Assembly (NCBI GenBank): GCA_014879535.1
Contig: JACSRX010000029.1
Coordinates: 93,476-157,475, forward strand
DNA from: Chthoniobacterales bacterium
GTDB taxonomy: Bacteria; Verrucomicrobiota; Verrucomicrobiia; Chthoniobacterales; JACTMZ01
Reading direction: 5' to 3'
Length of the DNA stretch: 64,000 nt
In this document: piece by piece, positions 52,211-62,680 of the stretch
Layout of the letters: each line of letters starts with the position of its first letter
Position numbering within the stretch: the stretch's first letter is position 1
Made by a program: the position numbers and the translations under genes
The notes under the pieces: generated by a model
Told to the model about the DNA's origin: nothing
The model's database searches: none
The model's input: only the letters and a program-made list of their open reading frames with translations

Positions 52211-55200
52211 TCATGCACTGGTGGCAGCCAATTCCCCGGCGGATTCCTCGGCACGCGGAGGTGCCTTGGCGGAAGCCGTGTTGCCGGAGTCCACGAATTT
52301 CACGCCCACCAGCTTGCTCACGCCCTGTTCCTCCATGGTGACGCCATAGAGCACGTCCGCCCGGGAAATGGTGCGCTTGTTGTGCGTGATGACGAGGAAC
52401 TGGCTCTGCTTCACGAAGCGGTCGAGCATGGCGAGGAAGCGGTTGATGTTCGATTCGTCGAGCGGCGCGTCCATTTCGTCGAGGATGCAGAACGGGCTGG
52501 GCTTGACCATGTAGATCGCGAACAGCAGGGCCACGGCCGCCATCGTGCGCTCGCCGCCGCTGAGCAACGAAACGCTCTGCAGTTGCTTGCCCGGGGGCTT
52601 GGCCGTGATTTCGATGCCGCTTTCGAGGGGATCTCCCTCGTCCATCAGCGCCAGATCGGCCTTCCCGCCGCCGAACAGCTCCCGGAAGGTCTCGCGGAAA
52701 TTGTCGCGGATCTTCCCGAACGTCTCGGCAAAGAGCGTCGTCGTGGTCGCGTTGATCTTCTTGATCACCTCAAGCAACTCGTCCTTCGAGTTCGTAAGAT
52801 CGGTGAATTGCTCATCGAGGAACTTCTGCCGGTCGAGAAGATCGTCGAATTCCTGGATGGCATCGATGTTCACCGGCCCCATGGAGTCGAGCTTATCGCG
52901 CAATTCGCTGACAAAAATCTCGACCTCCGCCCAATCCAGCCGGGACTCGACCGGATCGGATGCCGCCTCGGCCTCCGGGGCGGTCTCCACCGGCGCGGTT
53001 TCCGCTTCCTCGGCAACGTCTGAATCTTCCGCGGCGGCGCTGCTGCCCGCCGACTTCCGGCGCTTGCGATGCTCCCGGATGGAACAATGCAGCGCATAGG
53101 TGTCGAGCCGGACGTCAACCAGCTCCACATGGTGACGCCGACGGATGTCTTCCTGGAGATTCTCCGTCTTGAGGCGCAATTCCGCAGCCTGCACTTCAAT
53201 CCTCCCCTTCTGATCCTGAATCTCGCCGTGCTCGCGGCGCTTCTGCCGCAGGATTTCATCCGCGCTCTGCACCTCGGCCTGCAGCGAGGAGCGCTCCTTC
53301 TGCAGGTCGTCCAAGGCGGATTGCTTTTCCCCGAGCTCGGCCTGGGCCGCGTCGGCATCCCGCCCCAAAGCCTCGGACTGCTCACCCAGCGCCTGGATGC
53401 GCTGCTCGGCGGAGGATTTTTCCTGCCCGCGCTGGCGCACCGTCTCCTCGAGTTCCTCGATGCGGCTGAGCATCGGGGCGCGCTGCGCCTGCAGGCTCTC
53501 CTCGAGCTGCCGGGCCGCCGCCAACTGAACCCTCAACTCGTTGAACTGCTCGCTGGCCGCCACCTCCTCGCCGGCTTCGCGCTCGGCTTCCTCCATCGCC
53601 GCCGCGGACTTCGCCGTGGCCTCCTCCGCCTGGCGACGGCATTCGGCCACGCGCCCCCCCAGCTCCTCGGACCTCTGCCGAGCCGCCTCCAATTCCTGGG
53701 CTGCCCGTTCCTGCTCGCGGCCGAGCGAGGCCGAACGATTTTCGGCGTCGCCCACTTCCTTTTCCAGCAAGCCGTGGTCGGCCCTCAGGCCGGCCAACTC
53801 GTTCTGGCGCTGGCGCAGCATCGCCCGTGCGGCTTCGAGGGCTTCCTTCTGGCCCGCACGGGCGGCAAGGACTTCCTCGCGGGCCGCCTCGTGGCTCGCC
53901 AACTCTTGCTGCAAAGACGCTTTTTGCCCGCTCAACGCGGCAATTTCATCGCGACGCTGCAAAGCCGAGGTGGCCCCTTCGCCGGCGCGCCCGCCGGTGA
54001 CGATCCCTGCCGCATCGATCAATTCCCCGTGCTGCGTGGCAAACGCGACGGACGGATGACGCTCGCGAAGTTCGGAGGCATGATCCAAATTCGTGGCCAG
54101 CGCCACGCCGTGCAGGATTCCGCGGACCAAGCGCTGCAGGTCATCGCCGTCGCAGCGCACGCGATCTGCCGCCCAGCCGAGAGAACCCTCGGGGGCCGGA
54201 CCGGGTTCCGGCAGATGGCTGCCGTTCGGCGCCACCAGACTCGCACGCCCGAGCTTGTGGTCGTAAAGCGACTGCAGGATTTCGCGCGCGGACTCCTTGT
54301 TGTTGAGCACGATGGTGTCTCCGCGAGCCCCGAGCGCCGCTTCAACCGCCGGAAGAAACCCCGGCTCGACCCGGAGCAGGCTTCCCAGCATCCCGCGCAC
54401 GGAGGACTTGAAGTGGTCCGGCCGATCGAGACCGCGAAGCACCGCCTGCGCGCCCGGGGCAGCCCCCTCGCCTTCGAGGTTGAGCTGCTCAAGCACCTCC
54501 AAACGCGACTGGATCTGGGCCAAGGTGCGCTGGGCGGCGGACATTTCGTTCTCCACGCGCTGCCTGTCGAGTTCACCGCGCTCAAGGGCGGCTTCCGCCG
54601 CATCGAGGGCGGATTCGGCCCCGTGCAGGGCCTCCGTCCCTGCGGCCACCTGCGCCGCCGCCTGCTCCAGCCGCTGCCGGGTTTCGGATTGGCGGTTGAA
54701 AATCTCCCGAGCCTCCACCTCAAGCGCCTCGATGCGGCTCTTGGTGGCATCGCGCCTCGCTTCGAGCCCCGCAAGCTCGCCCTGAAGGCGGAGCGATTCA
54801 TTCTCGGCCTTGCTGATTTCGATCCGCAGGGCCTCGAGGGATTGGCGCGAAGACTCCCGGCGTCCCGCGCTCTCGCGCAGCCGGGCCTGCAAGGCGTCGA
54901 GGGCGGCGGAGCGCTCGGCCAACTCGGCGGAAACCCTGGCCACCTGCTCGTCGGTGCGCCCCATCTCCTCGCGCTGGACCCGCTGGCGCTCGCGGGCGGC
55001 CGCGATCTCGGAGTCGCAACGGGAGATCGTCTCCCGAAGCTGCCCGCATGTTTCCTCATTGTGCGAAAGCCGGCTGCGGGCCTGCACCATGCGGTCCCGA
55101 ATGGACTGCATGGACTGCCGCGAACCCTCGACCTGATTTTCGAGCTCCGCCAGCCGGGCACGGTGCCCTGCCACGGCCTGCTCGCCCGCCTCGAGCTCGG

Positions 55201-55978
55201 CGGTGGTCTCATGCCAGCGCGATTCGAGTTTCTGAAGTTTTTCCTGCAGCCCGTCGTGCGAGGCCTTCAGCTCGTCGTGCTGGCGCCGCACAAAATTCAA
55301 CTCGAGCACCTTCAGGTCGTTCGACAACGCCTGGTAACGCCGGGCCTTGCCCGCCTGACGCTGAAGCGAGCCGATCTGGCGCTTCACCTCTCGCATGATG
55401 TCGTTCACCCGGACGAGGTTCGCCTCGGTGTATTCCAACTTGCGCAGGGCTTCCTTTTTCTGCGCCTTGAATTTGGTGATGCCGGCCGCCTCCTCGAACA
55501 CCGCGCGCCGGTCCTCCGGACGGCTGCTCAAAATGAGGTCGATCTTGCCCTGCTCCATGATCGAGTAGCTGCTCCGTCCGATGCCGGTGTCCATGAACAG
55601 CTCATGGATGTCGCGCAGGCGGCACGGTGTCTTGTTCAGCAGATACTCGCCCTTGCCGTCGCGGAAGATCCGGCGCGTCACGCAGACCTCCTCCCACTCC
55701 GTGCCCAGATGTTCCGCGCATCCGCCGAACGTCAGCGACACTTCCGCCATGCCGACCGCCGAACGCGAATCGGTGCCGCTGAAAATGACGTCCGACATCT
55801 CGCCGCCGCGCAGCGCCTTGGCGGATTGCTCGCCGAGACACCAGCGGATCGCATCGAGGATGTTCGACTTGCCGCAGCCGTTCGGGCCGACCACCGAAGT
55901 GATGCCCTCGTGAAATTCGAGGTGCGTCTTGTTGACGAACGATTTAAAACCGACCAGATCGAGAGATTTGAGAAACAT
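52211..55978 (-). CDS. smc: Chromosome partition protein Smc
   Basis: Start at MFLKSLDLVGFKSFVNKTHLEFHEGITSVVGPNGCGKSNILDAIRW. Long coiled coils. C-terminal LSGGERTMAAVALLFAIY...CILDEMDAPLD. The track ORF's 125-codon upstream extension was discarded. Confidence 0.95.
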   Translation of the reverse strand: MFLKSLDLVGFKSFVNKTHLEFHEGITSVVGPNGCGKSNILDAIRWCLGEQSAKALRGGEMSDVIFSGTDSRSAVGMAEVSLTFGGCAEHLGTEWEEVCVTRRIFRDGKGEYLLNKTPCRLRDIHELFMDTGIGRSSYSIMEQGKIDLILSSRPEDRRAVFEEAAGITKFKAQKKEALRKLEYTEANLVRVNDIMREVKRQIGSLQRQAGKARRYQALSNDLKVLELNFVRRQHDELKASHDGLQEKLQKLESRWHETTAELEAGEQAVAGHRARLAELENQVEGSRQSMQSIRDRMVQARSRLSHNEETCGQLRETISRCDSEIAAARERQRVQREEMGRTDEQVARVSAELAERSAALDALQARLRESAGRRESSRQSLEALRIEISKAENESLRLQGELAGLEARRDATKSRIEALEVEAREIFNRQSETRQRLEQAAAQVAAGTEALHGAESALDAAEAALERGELDRQRVENEMSAAQRTLAQIQSRLEVLEQLNLEGEGAAPGAQAVLRGLDRPDHFKSSVRGMLGSLLRVEPGFLPAVEAALGARGDTIVLNNKESAREILQSLYDHKLGRASLVAPNGSHLPEPGPAPEGSLGWAADRVRCDGDDLQRLVRGILHGVALATNLDHASELRERHPSVAFATQHGELIDAAGIVTGGRAGEGATSALQRRDEIAALSGQKASLQQELASHEAAREEVLAARAGQKEALEAARAMLRQRQNELAGLRADHGLLEKEVGDAENRSASLGREQERAAQELEAARQRSEELGGRVAECRRQAEEATAKSAAAMEEAEREAGEEVAASEQFNELRVQLAAARQLEESLQAQRAPMLSRIEELEETVRQRGQEKSSAEQRIQALGEQSEALGRDADAAQAELGEKQSALDDLQKERSSLQAEVQSADEILRQKRREHGEIQDQKGRIEVQAAELRLKTENLQEDIRRRHHVELVDVRLDTYALHCSIREHRKRRKSAGSSAAAEDSDVAEEAETAPVETAPEAEAASDPVESRLDWAEVEIFVSELRDKLDSMGPVNIDAIQEFDDLLDRQKFLDEQFTDLTNSKDELLEVIKKINATTTTLFAETFGKIRDNFRETFRELFGGGKADLALMDEGDPLESGIEITAKPPGKQLQSVSLLSGGERTMAAVALLFAIYMVKPSPFCILDEMDAPLDESNINRFLAMLDRFVKQSQFLVITHNKRTISRADVLYGVTMEEQGVSKLVGVKFVDSGNTASAKAPPRAEESAGELAATSA

Positions 55979-56086
55979 GGGGAAGAAACTCCAGATTGCA
56001 TTCAATAAGGCGCCCCGGCACCTTTGGCAACCCCCGCTTGCCACAAATTGTGGTGCATAGGGCTCCCCACCACCATATCTAGAGTC

Positions 56087-57457
56087 ATGCCAGAACAATA
56101 CGAGAGCGTCCTCCCAGATCTTTCGAGGCCCGACCTCGATCTCCTGCTCGATTTTCTCCGGTTTCGCAGTGTCTCGACCAAGCCCGACCACGCGCCGCAC
56201 ATGCGGGCATGCGCGAACTGGCTGAGTTCCCTGCTGCGCCGCGGAGGCTTCACGTCCGAGGTCGCCGAGACCGGGGGCCATCCTGCGGTCCTGGCCCGCG
56301 GACCGGAGGCCCCGGGGCGACCCACGGTGCTCATCTACGGGCACTACGACGTGCAACCGGAGGAGCCCCTCGACTTTTGGACCTCACCGCCGTTCGAGCC
56401 GGCGATCCGCAACAAGCGCATCTTCGCGCGCGGCTCGACCGACAACAAGGGCCAGATCCTCGCCCACATCCTCGGCGCCATCCACATGCTGCGCGAGGAA
56501 GGCTCCCTCCCGGTGAACCTCATCTTCCTCATCGAAGGCGAGGAAGAGATCGGAAGCTCGAACCTCGACGACTTCATCCGCGCCCGGCGCAATGAATTGC
56601 GCTGCGATATCATCGCGATTTCCGACACCGGAATGATCGCCGAGGGATATCCCACCCTCACGCAAAGTTTGCGGGGCATCGCCGCGATGGAGGTCGTCAT
56701 CCGCGGACCCGCCACCGACCTGCATTCCGGGATCTTCGGCGGCGCCGTCATCAACCCCGCCACAGCCCTGGTCAAACTCCTCGGACGCCTCCACGACGAC
56801 CAGAACCGCATCGCCGTCCCCGGATTCTACGATGATGTGGTTCCACCCGATGCCGCCGAGCGCGCGGAGCTGGCCGCGTTGCCGGTCAGCGAGTCGGACT
56901 ACCAGCGTGAAACGGGCGTTCTCCTGCTCGGTGGCGAGGCCGGGTTCAGCAGCATCGAACGCATCGGCGTCCGGCCGACGGCGGAAATCAACGGCCTGAC
57001 CAGCGGATACCAGGGCGAGGGCACCAAGACCGTCCTCCCCTCCAGCGCATCGGCCAAGCTGACATTCCGTCTCGTGCCCAACCAGAAGCCCGACCGCGTG
57101 CTCAACCTCGTTGAGATTTTTTTCCAAGACCTCCTCCCGCCCGGCGTCGAAATGGAAATCCTCCGCGGACACGGCGGCATGCCCTACATCCTCGACACGC
57201 GGAGCCCATGGTGCGGCGCCGCGCTGCGCGCCTTGGAAGCAACCTTCGGACGCCAGCCCGCCCTGATGCGGGAAGGCGGGAGCATCCCCATCGTCCAGAC
57301 CTTCCGTGACCTCCTCGGCTCCGACACCCTCCTGCTCGGGCTCGCCGCGCCGGACTGCCACGCGCACGCTCCGGATGAAAATTTCCCGATCGAAAATTTC
57401 GAGGCCGGGATCCGGCTCCACCAGAATCTGCTGCGCGAACTGGCGTCCACCCGCTGA
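56087..57457 (+). CDS. M20-family dipeptidase/peptidase
   Basis: Start at MPEQYESVL... Motifs LIYGHYDVQP, ARGSTDNKGQ, IEGEEEIGS. C-terminal HAPDENF. Confidence 0.85.
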   Translation: MPEQYESVLPDLSRPDLDLLLDFLRFRSVSTKPDHAPHMRACANWLSSLLRRGGFTSEVAETGGHPAVLARGPEAPGRPTVLIYGHYDVQPEEPLDFWTSPPFEPAIRNKRIFARGSTDNKGQILAHILGAIHMLREEGSLPVNLIFLIEGEEEIGSSNLDDFIRARRNELRCDIIAISDTGMIAEGYPTLTQSLRGIAAMEVVIRGPATDLHSGIFGGAVINPATALVKLLGRLHDDQNRIAVPGFYDDVVPPDAAERAELAALPVSESDYQRETGVLLLGGEAGFSSIERIGVRPTAEINGLTSGYQGEGTKTVLPSSASAKLTFRLVPNQKPDRVLNLVEIFFQDLLPPGVEMEILRGHGGMPYILDTRSPWCGAALRALEATFGRQPALMREGGSIPIVQTFRDLLGSDTLLLGLAAPDCHAHAPDENFPIENFEAGIRLHQNLLRELASTR

Positions 57458-57473
57458 GCGGCGGGCGCCAGCG

Positions 57474-57995
57474 TCACTTCAGCAGCCGGAAATCCATCGG
57501 ATCGTCCCCGAAGATCGCGTCGAAATCGGCGTCCGGCGCCCCCAGGATTCCCGCCGCTTCCTCCGCGGTTTTTCCCTTGAGGGGGCCGTTCTGTTCGATC
57601 AAACGAACCCGGACCGAGCCGGCCGCTTCCTGATCGAGCAAAATCACCGTATAGCGCTTGGCCTCCGCATCCGGCACCCCCTCCGCGAAGCTGGCGATCG
57701 TGCGCAATTGAAGCAAAAGGCGCCCGGGCGCCACTTGACGCCCCTGAACCTCGTAATAGGTCGCTTCATCCGACATGCCTGCAGGATAAGCGAGCAACCA
57801 GGAATCGCCGGAAAGCGCGGCGAACACCGCGAACTGGTCCTTGCGCGGATCCCCCCCTTCGCCGGCTGACACCCACACCCCGGCCATGGCCCCCGGCAAC
57901 GGCGAGAAGCCGCCGGTGAACACAGGTTTCTCGAACATGCAGCCCGGCAGAAGCCACATGCAGACCAAAGCACAGATGCCGGTTGCGTGTTTCAT
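57474..57995 (-). CDS. Lipoprotein, hypothetical
   Basis: Start at MKHATGICALVCMWLLPGC (lipobox). No family recognised. Confidence 0.55.
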   Translation of the reverse strand: MKHATGICALVCMWLLPGCMFEKPVFTGGFSPLPGAMAGVWVSAGEGGDPRKDQFAVFAALSGDSWLLAYPAGMSDEATYYEVQGRQVAPGRLLLQLRTIASFAEGVPDAEAKRYTVILLDQEAAGSVRVRLIEQNGPLKGKTAEEAAGILGAPDADFDAIFGDDPMDFRLLK

Positions 57996-58000
57996 CGGGC

Positions 58001-58210
58001 TTAGTCCTCCAAGGTGAAGCCGATCCTGAGGGTGACCTGCCAATGCGCGACCTTGCCCTCGACGATCTGGCCCCGCGTGTCGATCACCTCGAACCAGCGC
58101 ATGTTGCGCAGGGTCTTGGCCGCCCGGGTGATGGCGGAATTGACGGCATCCTCGATGCCGACCGAGGACGAACCCACCAACTCGACCTTCTTGTAAACGT
58201 GATGGCTCAT
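58001..58210 (-). CDS. Dodecin-family flavin-binding protein
   Basis: [69 protein letters not shown] is a full-length match to the dodecin pattern. Confidence 0.85.
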   Translation of the reverse strand: MSHHVYKKVELVGSSSVGIEDAVNSAITRAAKTLRNMRWFEVIDTRGQIVEGKVAHWQVTLRIGFTLED

Positions 58211-58220
58211 GGCCGGGATG

Positions 58221-58946
58221 TTAGCGCCCTGCAGCCGTGGCTGTCTTGGAAATTTTGCGGGGCCTTCCCACCGCGTAGGTGGCGCAGGCCTCCTCCCCCT
58301 CCACCAAGAAGCTTTCCAAACGGAGCGGAACGGAACGCCTCAACAGGGAGGACGCCGCAGGCCCGAGGAGGGTCGGTGCTTCCGCTCCACCGAAAATCAA
58401 TGGCGCCCAGGTCACATGCAGTTTCGACAGCAATCCGGCCCCGACGAAACCGGCCAGCAGAGACGGGCCCCCTTCGCACACGGCCACCCCCACGCGGTAA
58501 TCCCGGGCCAGCGCCTGCAGCGCACGCCGCAAATCCACGCTCCTTCCGCGCGGCTCAACGCGCACATCGGCCAGACGCTCCAGCCATGCGCGGGTTGCCG
58601 CAGGCATCGCCCGCGTGGTGAAGACCACGATCGGCGCGCCCGGGGTGCGGAAAACCCTCATGTCCCGGCGCAGATCGCCGCGGTTGGAAAAAATCACCCG
58701 CAGGGGCTCCGCGGTCCGGCCTTCCCGCAGCCGCCGCTCCTGGAGAGACCGCACGGGAAGCCCCATCGCCATGTTGTCCGTTTCCAACGTCCGGCGCCCG
58801 ACAAGCAACGCATCACCTCGCGCCCGTATCTCCAGCAACCGGCGCTTGTCCCGGTCCGAAGTGAACCCCGTGGGCACATGCCCCCGGGTGGAAACCTTGC
58901 CGTCAACCGTCACGGCAAAGTTCGCCTCCACCAGCGGCATCTTCAT
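58221..58946 (-). CDS. RibD C-terminal-domain (DHFR-like) reductase
   Basis: Start at [22 protein letters not shown]...[22 protein letters not shown]...[32 protein letters not shown]. The rest of track ORF 58221..60149 is a shadow across the upstream gene. Confidence 0.75.
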   Translation of the reverse strand: MKMPLVEANFAVTVDGKVSTRGHVPTGFTSDRDKRRLLEIRARGDALLVGRRTLETDNMAMGLPVRSLQERRLREGRTAEPLRVIFSNRGDLRRDMRVFRTPGAPIVVFTTRAMPAATRAWLERLADVRVEPRGRSVDLRRALQALARDYRVGVAVCEGGPSLLAGFVGAGLLSKLHVTWAPLIFGGAEAPTLLGPAASSLLRRSVPLRLESFLVEGEEACATYAVGRPRKISKTATAAGR

Positions 58947-59968
58947 TCGCTGTGCTCGATCTCGTCCTCGAGCCGGTCCACCTCCTTGTGCATGTCCCGC
59001 AGGCTGATCGTCTCCCGGTCGGACGCCTTGTAAAAGAGGAAGATCAGGCCGCCGGCCAGGCTGCCAAGGGTGTTGATGAAGAATCCTGTCACCGAAATGA
59101 GCGTCGCCACCCCGGCGCTCACGCCGAACGGTGCCAGCAGCGAGACGAACAGACTCTCGCGCAGCCCGATGCCGGACACGCTGATGGGAATCGCGGTGAT
59201 CACCGCCACGATTGGCATCACCGAAAAGATGTCCACCACCCCGAGTTGGTCGGTGAAGGCACGCGCGGCGCAGTAAAATGTGATGAAAAACATCGCGAAA
59301 AGCGGGAAGGAAACCAGGAATGCCCAGACCGTCGTGCGCCATCCCTTCGCATACAGGTGGCAGGCGGCGGAGATTTCGACGATCCTTCCGCGCAGCGGGA
59401 TCCATGCGGGCAGGTAATGCACCCATCCGAGCCCAGAGACCACGAACATCCCGATGATGGTCGCCATCGCCGCCGCCAGCAGCCACAGCAGGATGTTGAG
59501 GAGGGCCGCGCTCCCCTCGGTGTGGCTGAGCTGGTCGTAGCGGAAATACAGGAACGCCACGCTCAGGAAAATCAGGGCGAGCATCCCGATCACGCGGTCC
59601 ATGAACACGCTCAGCAGCGCCGCCGCCTTGTTCGTGCGGGTTTCCCTCATGGTCAGGAACATCTTCACCACGTCCCCGCCGGTGGATCCCAGCATGAACA
59701 GGTTGAAGAACATCCCGATCATGAAAAGCTGCCATGTCCGGAACCAGCTCATCTCGATGTTCTGAACGGCGAGAAGCACCTTCCAGCGGACCGTCGCCAC
59801 CAGCGTGCAGGCGAAAAATACCGCCACCCCCACCCCGAGCCACCACCAATCCGCCAGTTTCAACGCCGCACCCATCTCGCGCCGCGCCCCGGGGTCGTGG
59901 AACACCCACCACAACAATCCGATGGTCACCGCCAACTGCAGCAACGTGATCAAGGTCTTTTTCAGCAT
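58943..59968 (-). CDS. Flippase-like / lysylphosphatidylglycerol-synthase TM-region (UPF0104) membrane protein
   Basis: MLKKTLITLLQLAVTIGLLWWVFHD...ATVRWKVLL...MIGMFFNLFMLGSTGGDVVKMF. 8 predicted TM segments. ATGA overlap with the downstream reductase. Confidence 0.75.
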   Translation of the reverse strand: MLKKTLITLLQLAVTIGLLWWVFHDPGARREMGAALKLADWWWLGVGVAVFFACTLVATVRWKVLLAVQNIEMSWFRTWQLFMIGMFFNLFMLGSTGGDVVKMFLTMRETRTNKAAALLSVFMDRVIGMLALIFLSVAFLYFRYDQLSHTEGSAALLNILLWLLAAAMATIIGMFVVSGLGWVHYLPAWIPLRGRIVEISAACHLYAKGWRTTVWAFLVSFPLFAMFFITFYCAARAFTDQLGVVDIFSVMPIVAVITAIPISVSGIGLRESLFVSLLAPFGVSAGVATLISVTGFFINTLGSLAGGLIFLFYKASDRETISLRDMHKEVDRLEDEIEHSE

Positions 59969-60133
59969 AGTTCCGGCCGCGCATAGCCAAGCAGTTGCGG
60001 CCCCCCGACGAAATCACTTTTTTCGGACTTGGCACACATCCTGCAAACGAACCTCCATCGCTGTGTCGGGCGCCCACCTTCAACAATTTTTCTTCGCCCC
60101 ATCCCGCCGCTCGCCTAATTTCACCCATTCGAT

Positions 60134-62578
60134 ATGCAAAAAGTCGCACCTGTCACCTTCGAGAAGGAAATCATCGACGAACTGAAGTTCACCCTGGCCC
60201 GTGACCAGATCACCGCCTCGCGACGCGACTGGTGGATCGCCACGTCCATGGCCATCCAGCGCATCATCATCGAGCGCATGATGAAGACCCTCGCCGTGCA
60301 CAACGAAGGCAACGTCCGCCGCGTTTACTACATGTCCATGGAATTCCTCATGGGACGCCTTTTTGCCAACAACATGATCGCGGCCGGCGTCTTCGAGGAA
60401 GTCAGCGAGGCCCTCAAGAACCTCGGACACCCCCTCGAGGAAACCCGGGACGAGGAATACGACATGGCCCTCGGCAACGGGGGCCTCGGGCGCCTCGCCG
60501 CATGTTTTCTCGACTCGCTCGCCACCCTCGACCTTCCCGCCATCGGCTACGGCATCCACTACCAATACGGCCTCTTCAAACAGGAGTTCCGCAAGGGCTA
60601 CCAGGTCGAACTGCCGGATGACTGGATCCAATTCGGCTCCCCGTGGGAAATCATCCGCCCGCAGCACAAGCAGGAAGTCCCCGTTTACGGGCACGTTGAA
60701 ACCGTCCACGACAGCGGCGGGAAGGATCGCCAGGTCTGGGTCAACTACCGCAAAATCATCGGCCTTCCTTACGACATCCCCATCCCCGGCTACGGCACCC
60801 AGACGGTCAACTTCCTCCGCCTGTGGGAATCCAAGGCCCCCGAGGACTTCGACTTCGAGGCCTTCAACCGGGGCGGCTATGATGAAGCCGTCCGCCAGAA
60901 GAACATGGCGGAAACCATCAGCAAGGTCCTTTATCCGAATGACCACACCGAGGCGGGGAAGGAACTGCGTCTCCTCCAGCAATACTTTTTCACCGCCTGC
61001 TCGCTGCGCGACATCATCCGGCGATTCCAGAAGGACAATTCCGACTGGGACGTTTTTCCCGACAAGGTCGCCATCCAACTCAACGACACCCACCCGGCCA
61101 TCAGCATCCCCGAACTCCAGCGCCTGCTGCACGACGACTACGGTCTTCCTTGGGACAAGGCATGGTCCATCGTCACCCGCACCTTTGCCTACACCAACCA
61201 CACCCTCCTTCCCGAGGCCCTCGAGAAATGGAGCGTCGGGCTTCTCCGCAAAGTGCTCCCGCGCCACGTTCAGATCATCTTCGAAATCAACAAGCACTTC
61301 CTCGACGAGGTCGAGAAGAAATGGCCCGGCGACATCGAGAAGAAGCGCACCCTTTCCCTCATCGAGGAAAACCACGAACAGATGGTCCGCATGGGCAATC
61401 TCAGCGTCGTCGGCAGCCACTCCGTCAACGGCGTGGCCGCCATCCACACCCAGTTGGTCAAGAGCGATCTCTTCCCGGGCTTCGACGCGCTCTATCCCGG
61501 ACGCATCAACAACAAGACCAACGGCATCACCCCACGGCGCTGGCTGCTCGCCTGCAATCCGCGGCTCTCGGATCTCATCATCCGCAACATCGGCCACGGG
61601 TGGGAGCGGGACCTCGACAAACTCCGCGCTCTCGAACCCTTGGCGGACGACGCCTCCTTCCGCGAGGAGTTCATGGACGTGAAGCTGGCCAACAAGGCGC
61701 ACCTGGCCAAGCGCATCCTCGAGGAGTGCGACGTGAAGGTTGATCCGGCCGCCATGTTCGACGTGCAGATCAAGCGCCTGCACGAATACAAGCGCCAGCA
61801 TCTCAACCTGCTCCACATCCTCACCCTCTACCGCCGCCTCCTCGACAACCCGAAGCTCGACGTGCCGCCGCGCGTCTTCATCTTCGCCGCGAAGGCCGCC
61901 CCCGGCTACGATCTGGCGAAGCTGATCATCAAGGCGATCAACTCCGTGGGCGCCGTGATCAATGCCGACAAGCGCATCAAGGGGAAGATCAAGGTTGTCT
62001 TCATGCCGAATTACCGCGTGTCCCTCGCCCAGCGCATCGTCCCGGCCGCCGATCTCTCCGAACAGATCTCCACCGCCGGCAAGGAGGCATCCGGCACCGG
62101 CAACATGAAGCTCGCCCTCAACGGGGCCGTCACCATCGGCACCCTCGACGGCGCCAACGTGGAAATCCGCGAGGAAGTCGGCGACGACAACATCTTCATC
62201 TTCGGCAACACCGTGGAGCAGGTGCACGAGCTTCTGGCCAAGGGCTACAACCCCCAGAAATACTACCACGCCGACGCGGAACTTGCCGCCGCCATCGACT
62301 GGCTCGGCACCGGCTACTTCACGCCCGACGAGGGACCCGATGTGCTTGTGCCGCTGCGCGACAACCTGCTCTACCACGATCCGTTCCTCTGCCTTGCCGA
62401 CTTCCGCTCCTACTGCGAGGCGCAGGATCGGGCCTCGGAGGCCTTCAAGGACAAGGCCCGGTGGGGCCGCATGGCCGTCCTCAACACGGCCCGGGTCGGC
62501 AAGTTCTCCAGCGACCGCACCATCGCGGAATACGCGCGCGACATCTGGAAGCTGCCCGCCGTCCCCATCCCCGAGTAG
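60134..62578 (+). CDS. glgP: Glycogen/maltodextrin phosphorylase
   Basis: 814 aa. [16 protein letters not shown], and the PLP-lysine motif [23 protein letters not shown]. Confidence 0.95.
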   Translation: MQKVAPVTFEKEIIDELKFTLARDQITASRRDWWIATSMAIQRIIIERMMKTLAVHNEGNVRRVYYMSMEFLMGRLFANNMIAAGVFEEVSEALKNLGHPLEETRDEEYDMALGNGGLGRLAACFLDSLATLDLPAIGYGIHYQYGLFKQEFRKGYQVELPDDWIQFGSPWEIIRPQHKQEVPVYGHVETVHDSGGKDRQVWVNYRKIIGLPYDIPIPGYGTQTVNFLRLWESKAPEDFDFEAFNRGGYDEAVRQKNMAETISKVLYPNDHTEAGKELRLLQQYFFTACSLRDIIRRFQKDNSDWDVFPDKVAIQLNDTHPAISIPELQRLLHDDYGLPWDKAWSIVTRTFAYTNHTLLPEALEKWSVGLLRKVLPRHVQIIFEINKHFLDEVEKKWPGDIEKKRTLSLIEENHEQMVRMGNLSVVGSHSVNGVAAIHTQLVKSDLFPGFDALYPGRINNKTNGITPRRWLLACNPRLSDLIIRNIGHGWERDLDKLRALEPLADDASFREEFMDVKLANKAHLAKRILEECDVKVDPAAMFDVQIKRLHEYKRQHLNLLHILTLYRRLLDNPKLDVPPRVFIFAAKAAPGYDLAKLIIKAINSVGAVINADKRIKGKIKVVFMPNYRVSLAQRIVPAADLSEQISTAGKEASGTGNMKLALNGAVTIGTLDGANVEIREEVGDDNIFIFGNTVEQVHELLAKGYNPQKYYHADAELAAAIDWLGTGYFTPDEGPDVLVPLRDNLLYHDPFLCLADFRSYCEAQDRASEAFKDKARWGRMAVLNTARVGKFSSDRTIAEYARDIWKLPAVPIPE

Positions 62579-62680
62579 GAGCGTCCGTCTTTCGACTGGC
62601 CTCGTCCCGGCGCCACGCCCATCATGGCGGGCTTGGTGGCGCCGGGTGCCCGCTCACCCGCTGCTGCTGCCGCGCGACCC

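Noticed and set aside
53069-56008. 979-aa plus-strand ORF, plus several others, lying opposite smc
   Set aside because: It is antisense to an unambiguous smc gene. The translation is Arg/Leu/Gly/Pro-rich low-complexity sequence with no motifs. This is the usual stop-free shadow frame in high-GC DNA.
58947-60149. Upstream extension of the 642-aa ORF 58221..60149
   Set aside because: It runs out of frame across the well-supported UPF0104 membrane-protein gene. Only the last 241 codons look like a real (RibD-C) protein, and they start at an ATGA-coupled ATG.
60080-62377. 765-aa minus-strand ORF opposite glgP
   Set aside because: It is antisense to glycogen phosphorylase, which has textbook motifs. 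The shadow translation (VEG/DLV-rich) has no recognisable features.
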